Shown: positions 1-8,163, counted from the first letter of the stretch. The stretch is 64,000 nt of DNA from Acidiferrobacterales bacterium (GCA_046758085.1 JBHHZP010000001.1:3471-67470); one strand, 5' to 3'. Notes: generated by a model not told the origin, from the letters alone. Program-made: numbers and translations.

Positions 1-46
1 AACGAGGCTCGCTGACCAGCTGTCTGCGCCGACCCTATCCAGGCCA

Positions 47-397
47 TTACCTAGCCGCGATAACGGCAATCTCAACATCGAACTGTGGAAACGCCAGCCT
101 GGCCTCGATGCAGGCACGTGCTGGCGCGTTCCCGGGATCGGTCCAGGCGTCCCACACGGCATTCACTTCGTCGTAATAGCGCATGTCGCTGAGCCAGATC
201 GTAGCCGACAACAGCTTTGATTTGTCGGTACCCGCCTCGCCGAGCAACGAGTCTATTCGCCTCAGGATGTTCTGGGTCTGCTCGGTGACGGTCACGTCCG
301 GCGCCGTGTCGGCAACCTGACCGGCGGTGTAGACCGTGTCCTGGTGAATCACGATCTGGCTCATGCGTGGGCGGGTGTGAAAGCGCGTGATAGTCAT
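47..397 (-). CDS. RidA/YjgF-family (Rid) protein, 116 aa
   Basis: Complete ORF. Its size and motifs (VYTAGQV near the N-terminus, ARACIEA...VEIAVIA at the C-terminus) are typical of the YjgF/RidA fold. Assignment is from memory of the family. Confidence 0.75.
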   Translation of the reverse strand: MTITRFHTRPRMSQIVIHQDTVYTAGQVADTAPDVTVTEQTQNILRRIDSLLGEAGTDKSKLLSATIWLSDMRYYDEVNAVWDAWTDPGNAPARACIEARLAFPQFDVEIAVIAAR

Positions 398-511
398 TGG
401 CGAGTTGTCTCCTTTGCGTGTTCGGAACGCTTAGGGCCGGCGAGTGTAGGCGACGCAAGCCGTGTGAGCAATTAAGCATGCATTGTTCCGGGGCAGCGGT
501 ATGCCAGCGTA

Positions 512-763
512 CTACCCGCCCTTCAGAATGGTGCCGACGGTGGCGTAGGTCGAGACACAATAAGGCACAAAATAGGTTAATACCATCTTGAAATAATCAG
601 TAGCAGTTAACTCCGCGGCGATGATCCTGTCGGTATAGTTGATCAAGACCAGGATGGTGCCAACTAACAGCCCAACCTTGATCGACCGCCCGACCACGTC
701 GCGCCGCAGCGCCGTGTGGCACCACTGCCGTACGGCGTCATGATTTCCGTGTATGCCTGACAT
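512..763 (-). CDS. NrtS-like small membrane protein (about 83 aa from ATG 763; track ORF extends to TTG 808)
   Basis: RSIKVGLLVGTILVLINYTD ... LTYFVPYCVSTYATV resembles the small nitrate/nitrite transporter NrtS family. Start is uncertain and there is no strong SD. Confidence 0.55.
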   Translation of the reverse strand: MSGIHGNHDAVRQWCHTALRRDVVGRSIKVGLLVGTILVLINYTDRIIAAELTATDYFKMVLTYFVPYCVSTYATVGTILKGG

Positions 764-955
764 TTCGCTGTATAAGCAAGACCGCCGCCGTAGCTCACTT
801 GCGATCAACTCTATTCTAACCCGATCTGATCCGGTATGGTGTTGGCTCGGCGCGGTTTATTGCACCATAGTCATGATTGACACGATTGAGCTGAACCTGG
901 TTTATTGAGCGACTCTATAGAGCAGCGACGATTATTATAAGCCGCAGGTGGCGCA

Positions 956-1417
956 ATGGCACACGGCACTGTTATCGGGATCTATACGGCTTTGACCAGG
1001 GAAGCCGCACTCGATTATCGCGATGAAGTACGGGCGGTGCCCCGAAAAGGTCTCGTGGACGATCGTTACCATGATGGTTCCGGCACGTACTCGAATGATC
1101 CGGATCCGGACCGCGAGCTCACGTTGATCGAACTTGAAAAACTCGAGGCGTTAAAAATCGATTTCGACGTCGAGTTTTCGGGGGCGGAGGCACGCAGAAA
1201 CATTCTTACACGTGATGTTTCGCTGAATGAGCTTACCGGTGTGGAATTCTATATCGGTGAGGTCAAGGTGCGGGGTATCCGCCTGTGTGAGCCTTGCGCC
1301 CATCTGGAGCGACTGACGGGCAAGAAGGTGGTGAAGGGACTTGTGCACAAGGGCGGCCTGCGCGCGCAGATACTGACGGAAGGTATTATTCACGTCGGCG
1401 ACCGTATTGTAATCTAA
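956..1417 (+). CDS. MOSC domain-containing protein, 153 aa
   Basis: RGLVDDRY ... NILTRDV ... RLCEPCAHLE ... GGLRAQILTEG matches the MOSC beta-barrel with its conserved Cys. SD aggtgg lies upstream of ATG 956. Confidence 0.8.
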   Translation: MAHGTVIGIYTALTREAALDYRDEVRAVPRKGLVDDRYHDGSGTYSNDPDPDRELTLIELEKLEALKIDFDVEFSGAEARRNILTRDVSLNELTGVEFYIGEVKVRGIRLCEPCAHLERLTGKKVVKGLVHKGGLRAQILTEGIIHVGDRIVI

Positions 1418-1492
1418 TCCTGGTAGTTATCGCGCCCGTGCGATACGGTTCGACATCGGCTTGGCGGGGGCGCAGAATGGAATCGTAATCCG

Positions 1493-1511
1493 CCGGTATC
1501 GATAATACCGG
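1493..1511. promoter_or_regulatory. Perfect palindrome ccggtat-cgata-ataccgg upstream of the MotA/ExbB-like operon (possible operator)
   Basis: 7-bp arms read directly from the sequence, 29 nt upstream of ATG 1540. Function is inferred only from position. Confidence 0.3.
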
Positions 1512-1539
1512 TAAGGTAGCGGCTTCGGAGACGATTCGC

Positions 1540-2241
1540 ATGGCGCTTGCATCAGAGTGGTGGCGAGGCAGTGACAACACAAGCGGCACCGATAACGCCG
1601 GTTCGCCCGGCCTGCTGTATCGCTACCTGCTGGTGTTGCGCTTTGTGTTGGTCAACATAGTTGCCATCGCGCTGCTCGCTGCCATCTACCTGCAAGGCTG
1701 GCTGGACGACGCACTGGTCGGCTACACAGGCTGGCTATCGCTCGCCATATTTGCTGTGTTTGCGTTCGGCATGATTCTTTGCACCGCCAAGATCTGGCGC
1801 GTGAGCACAGAGCTCAATGATGTGCGAGCAGGTGCGCCCAGCGCAACTTCGCGTGCCGGCAAGTACCTAGCTACAATTGGCGACCGACCGGCGGAAGGCC
1901 GCTCTCTCAGCGCGAATCTGTTGCGCCTGCGAATCATTAATTACATTGCTATCGTCCGCCACTTCGCTAACACACTGGTTTTTCTTGGGCTGGTGGGCAC
2001 GGTCATAGGTTTTATCGTCGCCCTTGCCGGAGTAAACCCGGAGCTATCTGCGACCGTCGATAATGTTGCACCGATGGTGGCAACACTCATTAAAGGCATG
2101 TCCATTGCACTTTATACCACCCTGATCGGTGCCGCGCTGCACGTATGGTTGATGATGAACTATCGTATTCTCGCCACCGGCACGCTCCATCTGTTCAACA
2201 CCATTGTCGAACTGGGGGAACACCGTGTGGGACGCCGATGA
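1540..2241 (+). CDS. MotA/TolQ/ExbB-family proton-channel protein, 233 aa
   Basis: Two N-terminal TM helices plus a C-terminal helix pair with FLGLVGTVIGF and IKGMSIALYTTLIGAAL, the family signature. GGAG lies 9 nt before the ATG. Confidence 0.8.
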   Translation: MALASEWWRGSDNTSGTDNAGSPGLLYRYLLVLRFVLVNIVAIALLAAIYLQGWLDDALVGYTGWLSLAIFAVFAFGMILCTAKIWRVSTELNDVRAGAPSATSRAGKYLATIGDRPAEGRSLSANLLRLRIINYIAIVRHFANTLVFLGLVGTVIGFIVALAGVNPELSATVDNVAPMVATLIKGMSIALYTTLIGAALHVWLMMNYRILATGTLHLFNTIVELGEHRVGRR

Positions 2242-2824
2242 GTTTGACGGCGACGCGGCCGGCACTGTATTCCGCGACGTCCTTATGCTGGCATTGGTCG
2301 GGTTCGTGGCCATGGTGATTATGCTGCTGCCGCATCTGAGCAAATCACAGGAGCAAACCGAAGAGCATAAGGCGCCCGGCAACGTGGTCGTTGAGATTCA
2401 CTGGCCGAATGGGCTGCCGGTAGACGTCGACCTTTGGGTACAAGCACCGGGCGATGTACCCGTTGGTTTTTTCAATCAGGGCAGCCGCATCTTTAACTTG
2501 CTGCGTGACGACCTGGGGCTGGAAGGCGATGCCACCGGGCAGAACTACGAGGTTTCCTACAGCCGCGGCATTCCCGCTGGCGAGTATATCGTCAACGTGC
2601 ACATGTATGGCCCGTTGCCCGCGGGCGTGACGGTGCCCGTAACGGTCGTGGTCAGCGTGCGCCAGAAGTACGATACGCTGCGGCAGGTATTGCAGACTGG
2701 GGTGGTGCTCAAGCGCCGCAACCAGGAGGAGACCGCATTTAGGTTCAAGCTCACCGAGACCGGAGAGCTGGTGCCCGGAAGTGTGACAACGCTCAGGCAA
2801 CGGCTGGTCACCGCCTCGTCGTGA
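2225..2824 (+). CDS. Membrane-anchored protein with an ExbD/TolR-like TM helix and an unassigned beta-rich periplasmic domain (about 199 aa; track start TTG 2204)
   Basis: TVFRDVLMLALVGFVAMVIML resembles the single Asp-containing ExbD/TolR helix. The remainder (VVVEIHWPNGLPVDVDLWVQAPGD...GEYIVNVHMYGP) is not ExbD-like. GTG 2225 is preceded by ggggga and overlaps the upstream ORF. Confidence 0.6.
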   Translation: MWDADEFDGDAAGTVFRDVLMLALVGFVAMVIMLLPHLSKSQEQTEEHKAPGNVVVEIHWPNGLPVDVDLWVQAPGDVPVGFFNQGSRIFNLLRDDLGLEGDATGQNYEVSYSRGIPAGEYIVNVHMYGPLPAGVTVPVTVVVSVRQKYDTLRQVLQTGVVLKRRNQEETAFRFKLTETGELVPGSVTTLRQRLVTASS

Positions 2825-3342
2825 TGGAAACACTGATACTGATCTTCGCCGCGCTTATTGCCATCGCCGCGCTGCTCGCGAGCATCGCCATCTGGGCGCC
2901 GCGGCGCACCCGCATACGGGCGAGTGCCGTAGTGATTACCGCGCTATTTATCCCACTCGGCTATCTCGGGCTGACCGAGGTCTTGAGCCAGCCCAAACCG
3001 ATGGAGCATGAGTGGTTCAAGCGCCATGTCGACGAGGCGACCGTGCTCGGCATGAGTGTCGACGAAGGCAAAGCCATCTACCTCTGGCTCCGGCTCGATC
3101 GCTCGCTCGAGCCGCGCTATTACGTGCTGCCATGGCAGGCGCGAGTGGCCGAGAAGCTGCAGAATCTGATCGACGAGGCGATCGAGAAGCACGGCATGGT
3201 CAAGATCAGGAATCCGTTTTCACGGCGATCCTTCGCTGACCTCGGAGACCTCAATGCCGAGGTGATATTGCCAGCGCCGTTGCCGCTCAAGCCACCACCG
3301 CCACCGCCGCAGTATTTCAATCCACGCGAGCAAATGATCTAG
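2824..3342 (+). CDS. Two-TM membrane protein with a Pro-rich C-terminal tail (PLPLKPPPPPPQYF), function unknown, about 172 aa
   Basis: Stop/start overlap TGATG at 2822-2826 couples it to the upstream ORF. It has two hydrophobic helices and no recognisable TonB C-terminal domain. Confidence 0.6.
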   Translation: METLILIFAALIAIAALLASIAIWAPRRTRIRASAVVITALFIPLGYLGLTEVLSQPKPMEHEWFKRHVDEATVLGMSVDEGKAIYLWLRLDRSLEPRYYVLPWQARVAEKLQNLIDEAIEKHGMVKIRNPFSRRSFADLGDLNAEVILPAPLPLKPPPPPPQYFNPREQMI

Positions 3343-3409
3343 GCATGATGGCAGACAGCGAACGACGTCGGCGGTTACTTCTCATCGCAATTGAATCGGA
3401 GATGCGCGC

Positions 3410-3898
3410 ATGTTGCTCGAAGGATCATGCCACTGTGGGGCTGTGTGCTTCCGTGTACACTCATCCCACCCTTATCCCTTCAACCTGTGTTATTGTTCGA
3501 TCTGTCGCAAGACCGGCGGCGGCGGTTACGCCATCAACCTGGGCGGTGAATACGCCACGCTGAAGGTGGAGGGCCGCGAACACGTGCGCGTGTATCAGGC
3601 ACGTATTCGTGATCCCGATAGCGGGGAGATCAAACGCAGTCCCGCGCAGCGTAACTTTTGCGCGCTGTGCGCCAGCGCGTTGTGGGTATGGGATCCGCAA
3701 TGGCCACAGCTCGTACATCCGTTCGCATCAGCTATCGACACCGACTTGCCGATACCGCCAGAGCGCACACACTTGATGTTGAACTCCAAGGCATCGTGGG
3801 TGCAGCTATACGGTGGGCCGCGGGACAAGCACTGTCCCGGCTACCCGGAGGAGTCCATCGCCGCGTGGCACGAGCGCCTGGGACTGGTTGCCACCTAG
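3410..3898 (+). CDS. GFA-family (CENP-V/glutathione-dependent formaldehyde-activating-like) zinc protein, 162 aa
   Basis: GSCHCGAV ... CYCSICRK ... FCALC Cys clusters are typical of the GFA fold. GGAG lies 8 nt upstream of ATG 3410. Confidence 0.75.
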   Translation: MLLEGSCHCGAVCFRVHSSHPYPFNLCYCSICRKTGGGGYAINLGGEYATLKVEGREHVRVYQARIRDPDSGEIKRSPAQRNFCALCASALWVWDPQWPQLVHPFASAIDTDLPIPPERTHLMLNSKASWVQLYGGPRDKHCPGYPEESIAAWHERLGLVAT

Positions 3899-4204
3899 CA
3901 GGGTCTTGAAGAATACCGTGGCACCGGTGCAACAGCGATGAATGGCGAGGACGAAAAGACAAGGCAGTTCGCGCGATAGCCTGCGTGGGCGAGCGGCACA
4001 AAAACTCTGTCGACACGCATAAAAAGTATTGGGACAATGTCTGTAGGGCCTACATTGGGGGGCGTGGCCAGGCGATGCCCCCGGCCACCGATGGCGCGTG
4101 TCATCAAGGCGAATGTCCCAAGGGCTGAAAGCAATCACATACGGTGCGCCCCCACGATCGACACTTCACAGGACCCGCCATCGACGCAGGTAAAGGAGGC
4201 GACA

Positions 4205-4810
4205 ATGTCACGGTTCGCAGCGCTGCGCAGTCACGCGCTAGTTATTGTAACTGCGTTGCTAATATTGCCCGGGGTTTCCGCAGCCACGGGCCAGGTAGAT
4301 TTCGCAACTACCGTGAGCCAGCTGGGCAACCAGGATCATTACCGCGACAAACGCCCGCAGGAGCGCGTCGAGGTGTCGTTGCCCGGGACGCTTTACGCGC
4401 CACCTATTACAGTGACGGTCGTTGGGAACAAAGATGCCGACCGTAGCACCTTGCTTGGCGCGGTGGCGTCCGACTACTCTGCCTGGCGCAACGACAACGC
4501 AAAATGGATCCTGAGCAACTTCGTGCCTGAAGATCAGCAGGGACTGAAGAAATTTCTCGCCAATGAAGAGCTGCGCAGGGCAAACAGCATGATTTTCTCG
4601 CCGGACCGGACCATGGAGGTGTGGGGGATTGTCAAATATAAAGGATACGGTCTGGTGCTGTTCACCTATGACAACACCCGCAAGTTTGGCGCGGTAGCGA
4701 CCTTTCGCCAGGTCGGCGACGAATGGAAAAGAACCAACGCGTTGTCTGGGGATCGCGTGTTCGATGTCGTGTGGAGCGCGTTCCGCTCGGGGGACGTGAC
4801 GAAAAAGTAG
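4205..4810 (+). CDS. Secreted protein of unknown function, about 201 aa
   Basis: ATG 4205 is preceded by aaaggagg. The N-terminus MSRFAALRSHALVIVTALLILPGVSAATG looks like a Sec signal peptide. No family recognised. Confidence 0.6.
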   Translation: MSRFAALRSHALVIVTALLILPGVSAATGQVDFATTVSQLGNQDHYRDKRPQERVEVSLPGTLYAPPITVTVVGNKDADRSTLLGAVASDYSAWRNDNAKWILSNFVPEDQQGLKKFLANEELRRANSMIFSPDRTMEVWGIVKYKGYGLVLFTYDNTRKFGAVATFRQVGDEWKRTNALSGDRVFDVVWSAFRSGDVTKK

Positions 4811-4933
4811 CCTCTTATGTTCACAAACGCATTGCACACGGCGGAGTGATACCAGACATGGTCGGCGGCAGGCGGGGCGGCGCGGGCGAATAGCCCGATC
4901 ATCGGACTGGGCGCACAAGAAGTCATACCCGCC

Positions 4934-5176
4934 TTGAACGGCGATATGCGTCGCGCTATCACGTCGCTGATGGAAGAGCTCGAGGCGATCGACTGGTATA
5001 ACCAGCGGGTCGATGCCTGCAAGGATCCAGAGTTCAAGGCGATTCTCGCCCACAATCGAGACGAAGAAAAAGAGCATACGTCCATGGTGCTGGAGTGGAT
5101 CCGGCGCCAGGACGAGACTTTTTCCAGGGAGCTGAAGGACTACTTGTTTATGCGGACACCCATCGCCCACGGTTGA
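4934..5176 (+). CDS. Encapsulated-ferritin (EncFtn)-like protein, 76-80 aa, lacking a C-terminal extension
   Basis: LMEELEAIDWYNQRVDA ... ILAHNRDEEKEHTSMVLEWIRR closely parallels my recollection of Rhodospirillum rubrum EncFtn (MEELEAVDWYDQRVDA ... LAHNRDEEKEHAAMTLEWLRR). Start is TTG 4934 or ATG 4946. Confidence 0.7.
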   Translation: MNGDMRRAITSLMEELEAIDWYNQRVDACKDPEFKAILAHNRDEEKEHTSMVLEWIRRQDETFSRELKDYLFMRTPIAHG

Positions 5177-5184
5177 GCGGCCAA

Positions 5185-5341
5185 CTGCGGAACCTGGTCG
5201 ACGAGGCGATCGAAAAGCACGCCCTGGTAAAGATCAAAAACTCGTTCTCGCGCAAGTCCTTCGAGAATCTGGGCAGTCTAATGCCCGGGTCGTGTTACCG
5301 CCCTCACTGCCAGTGAAGCCACCACCCACGCCCCGGCGCAG
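5185..5341 (+). pseudogene. Frameshifted remnant paralogous to the 3' end of the gene at 2824-3342
   Basis: The nucleotide stretch is colinear with 3157-3312, roughly 70 percent identical by eye. RNLVDEAIEKHALVKIKNSFSRKSFENLGSL compares with QNLIDEAIEKHGMVKIRNPFSRRSFADLGDL. A 1-nt deletion at ctaatgcc (versus ctcaatgcc) breaks the frame before the Pro-rich tail. Confidence 0.7.
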
Positions 5342-5464
5342 GTCAGCGGGTACGCGGGCCCCGCGACAAACTGGGGGTTGCCGCATACAAAAAGCGCATG
5401 GCGCGCCGCCAATTTTTGCGGCTGGCGCGGCCACGCGCTTACAGTGGAAGGACCCAGCTTGCGT

Positions 5465-5815
5465 CTAGGACGTCGCCTTCTGGGCCGGTCGCTGCTCGAG
5501 GATGGACCAAACGGCATCGCCCCCGACCAGCAGGCCCACGATAATGTGGTTCCACGCCGCCATGGTCTGATCATAAAAGCCCAGCACAAAGGGCGAAATG
5601 ATCAGCCACAGCCCGAGGACGAGGTTGACCCATTCTTCCCATACCTGCGGTTTGGCCAACGCCGCACCCGCGAAGACCACAACGCCTATGCTGAGGATGT
5701 AGGCGTTCCACGCGGCCATGCCGGCAGCGTCAGCATACTGCAGAATGAAGGGAGACAGAAAAAGCCATACCCCGAGTACAAGCGTTACCAAGTCTTGCCA
5801 TCGTCTGTCTTTCAT
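5465..5815 (-). CDS. SPW-repeat membrane protein, about 116 aa (from ATG 5815)
   Basis: Two repeats of W..L.LG.WL..SPF.L with four predicted TM helices. Start chosen at MKDRRWQDL. Confidence 0.65.
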   Translation of the reverse strand: MKDRRWQDLVTLVLGVWLFLSPFILQYADAAGMAAWNAYILSIGVVVFAGAALAKPQVWEEWVNLVLGLWLIISPFVLGFYDQTMAAWNHIIVGLLVGGDAVWSILEQRPAQKATS

Positions 5816-6067
5816 GTGACACCTCCGTTCTGCGAGTCCGTATATTGGACATCTACTTAGACAGGCAAGAGCCGTCATGTTTCCGGGCCCCGGGGCAAGC
5901 GGCGGTGACGGCGTACACGGTGCCCGTGGGCGCCGGTAGCAGAGCCCTTGACGGCGTTTCGGCAGCCGGGGATCGTGTGCGACAGACGGTCGGCGAGCTC
6001 GGGGCAGGCTCCCCGGCAGCGGGTGCGGCGGACCCGCTGGAGAGTGCCCCGACGCCTGCCGCGGGTG

Positions 6068-6385
6068 CTACGGCCGCAACCGCTTCAGGAAGACCCGCAT
6101 CTCCTTCGCCGCCTGCACGTCACCTTGTCCCTCGGCCACGCGGATGCCGACCTCGTAGGCGGCTACCGCCTCGACCGTGTCTCCCCCGGCGGCCAGTGCC
6201 TTGCCCAGGAGCTTCCAGGCCGCCGAGTAATCGGGATCGAACTCAACAGCCTTACGCAGGTGTAACACGGCCTTGTCAAGCTCTTTGAGCTTGAGGAACT
6301 CATTCCCCAGCCCGTAGCGCACCAACGCATTGTCCTGGCCGCGCGCCAGCATGCTCTCGAGATTATCGATCAACCCCATGTCCAA
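6068..6385 (-). CDS. Small tetratricopeptide-repeat protein, about 103-105 aa
   Basis: TPR-like helical pairs (LGNEFLKLKELDKAVLHLRKAVEFDPDYSAAWKLLGKAL). Start is TTG 6385 or ATG 6379. Confidence 0.65.
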   Translation of the reverse strand: MDMGLIDNLESMLARGQDNALVRYGLGNEFLKLKELDKAVLHLRKAVEFDPDYSAAWKLLGKALAAGGDTVEAVAAYEVGIRVAEGQGDVQAAKEMRVFLKRLRP

Positions 6386-6492
6386 GTTCGCTCGCAGGTG
6401 AAATACCTGTCAATAAGTTCCCGGGCTGATGCAGTATACACGCACTCCTCCCTGTGTTTTTTCCCTGCTTTACTCAACTTAAGCCGCGCCCC

Positions 6493-6524
6493 GAGGAAGG
6501 CAAAGGAAGAGGAAGGCAAAGGAA
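6493..6524. repeat. Perfect tandem duplication of the 16-mer gaggaaggcaaaggaa
   Basis: Read directly: 6493-6508 is identical to 6509-6524. Purine-rich, in the trkH-TPR spacer. Confidence 0.9.
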
Positions 6525-6543
6525 TAGGCGTAATGGGGGGTGG

Positions 6544-6674
6544 TTACTCAAGCCGAGTGAGACACGAAGGCGAAGAACACGCCCGCAGGAGCGCTGTAAG
6601 GATACCGCGCGTCCGGGCCAGGAAATGGCCCTTGCGCGGACCGGCTGAGACGAGGGCCAAGCGAGGGAACCCCG
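6544..6674 (+). repeat. Dispersed intergenic repeat, copy A (ttactcaagccga ... gaaggcgaag ... GC hairpin ... ccaagcgagggaaccccg)
   Basis: Shares terminal motifs and module order with the reverse complement of 53907-54042. The central interrupted hairpin is ccgcgc/gggcca ... tggccc/gcgcgg. Confidence 0.6.
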
Positions 6675-6707
6675 TTCGAGAATGAGCGCCGTCCGGCGAC
6701 AGTAACT

Positions 6708-8159
6708 TCAGCTGCGCCAGAACGTGCGCGACATCAACACGATAAGCGTGAACAACTCCAGGCGCCCCATCAACATCGCTAGCGACAAGATCCATTTGGC
6801 GGCGATCGGTAAGTCCGCATAGGTCTGCGCCACATGGCCCAGACCCGGCCCCAGGTTGTTGAGGCAGGCCGCCACGGCGGAAAAACCGGTCACGAAGTCG
6901 ACCCCGGTGGCGCTGATGGCGAGCGACAACACGGCGAAGCTCAATACGTAAAGCGAAAAGAACCCCCACACGGCGCTCAAGACCTGGTCGGACGTGGGTC
7001 TACCACCGACCTTGATCGGCATGAGCGCATCCGGGTGCACCAGCCGGAAGATCTCGCGCTTTCCTTGCTTGAACAGCAGCAGCGCGCGAATCACCTTCAT
7101 ACCCCCGGCGGTCGAGCCGGCACAGCCACCGACAAAGCTCGCCATGATCAACAATGCCGGCAGAAACAGCGGCCACCAGTCGAACCCGGAAGTGACGAAG
7201 CCGGTGGTGGTGGCGATCGAGACCGCTTGGAAGACCCCGTGACGCAGCGCACCGGTCCAACCACCATAGGTCCCCATAAAAATAAGCGAAATGACACTAA
7301 TGACAGCGACCGCCAGCACGATGCGCAGATAAACCGATACCTCCGCGTCTACGAGATAGGGCTTGACACTGCGCGAGTTCCAGGAGTGAAAATGCAGCGC
7401 AAAATTCATACCCGCCGCCAGCATGAAGATCACGGCCACCCAATCGACGGCGGCATTCTCGAAATAGCCGAAGCTTCGGTCATGCGTGGAAAACCCGCCG
7501 ATGGCAATGGTGGAGAAACTGTGGCCGATGGCATCGAACAAGGTCATGCCTGAGACCCAGTATGCTCCCGCGCACGCTACGGTCAGCCCCAGGTAGATGT
7601 ACCACAGCGCTTTCGCTGTCTCGGTGATGCGCGGCGTGAGCTTGTTATCCTTTATCGGGCCGGGCGTTTCGGCGCGATAGAGCTGCATCCCGCCTACCCC
7701 GAGCATGGGCATCACCGCCACGGCCAGGACCACGATACCCATGCCGCCGAGCCACTGCAGTTGCTGGCGGTAATAGCGAATGGATTCCGGCAGCTCATCG
7801 ATCCCGGTCAGGATCGTGGCGCCGGTGGTAGTAAGACCTGAAATCGATTCAAAAAACGCATCGGTGAAGATCATGTACGGGCGATTGGCGATGAAGAATG
7901 GCACAGCACCGAACAGGGCGAGCAACGCCCAGAACAGTGTAACGATGACAAAGCCTTCCCGTACCCGCACGTCCCGTCGTTGGCGGCTGACCGGCAGCCA
8001 CAACAACAGCCCCGTTGCCAGCGCAATAAAGTATGCTCCGGAGAATGCCTCGGCAGCGCCATCATCGTAGAAAAACGAAACCCCGATCGGCGGCAGCAGG
8101 GTCGTGCTGAACAAGACCAGCAGCAACCCCATTACACGCTGAATCGCGAAAAAGTGCAC
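6708..8159 (-). CDS. trkH: Trk-system potassium uptake protein TrkH, 483 aa
   Basis: Polytopic membrane protein with the TrkH/KtrB-type repeated pore loops (GLTTTGATIL, TTTGF), immediately downstream of trkA. Confidence 0.9.
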   Translation of the reverse strand: MHFFAIQRVMGLLLVLFSTTLLPPIGVSFFYDDGAAEAFSGAYFIALATGLLLWLPVSRQRRDVRVREGFVIVTLFWALLALFGAVPFFIANRPYMIFTDAFFESISGLTTTGATILTGIDELPESIRYYRQQLQWLGGMGIVVLAVAVMPMLGVGGMQLYRAETPGPIKDNKLTPRITETAKALWYIYLGLTVACAGAYWVSGMTLFDAIGHSFSTIAIGGFSTHDRSFGYFENAAVDWVAVIFMLAAGMNFALHFHSWNSRSVKPYLVDAEVSVYLRIVLAVAVISVISLIFMGTYGGWTGALRHGVFQAVSIATTTGFVTSGFDWWPLFLPALLIMASFVGGCAGSTAGGMKVIRALLLFKQGKREIFRLVHPDALMPIKVGGRPTSDQVLSAVWGFFSLYVLSFAVLSLAISATGVDFVTGFSAVAACLNNLGPGLGHVAQTYADLPIAAKWILSLAMLMGRLELFTLIVLMSRTFWRS

Positions 8160-8163
8160 GGTA

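Noticed and set aside
4259-5170. 303-aa minus-strand ORF spanning the secreted-protein gene and the EncFtn gene
   Set aside because: It crosses an intergenic gap between two plus-strand genes that have good RBS, signal-peptide or family signatures. The translation is Arg/His-rich and lacks any motif.
5845-6288. 147-aa and 105-aa plus-strand ORFs (5845-6288, 5948-6265)
   Set aside because: They overlap the minus-strand TPR gene and are Pro/Arg/Ala low-complexity. The 5816-6067 stretch is left as unexplained GC-rich non-coding DNA.
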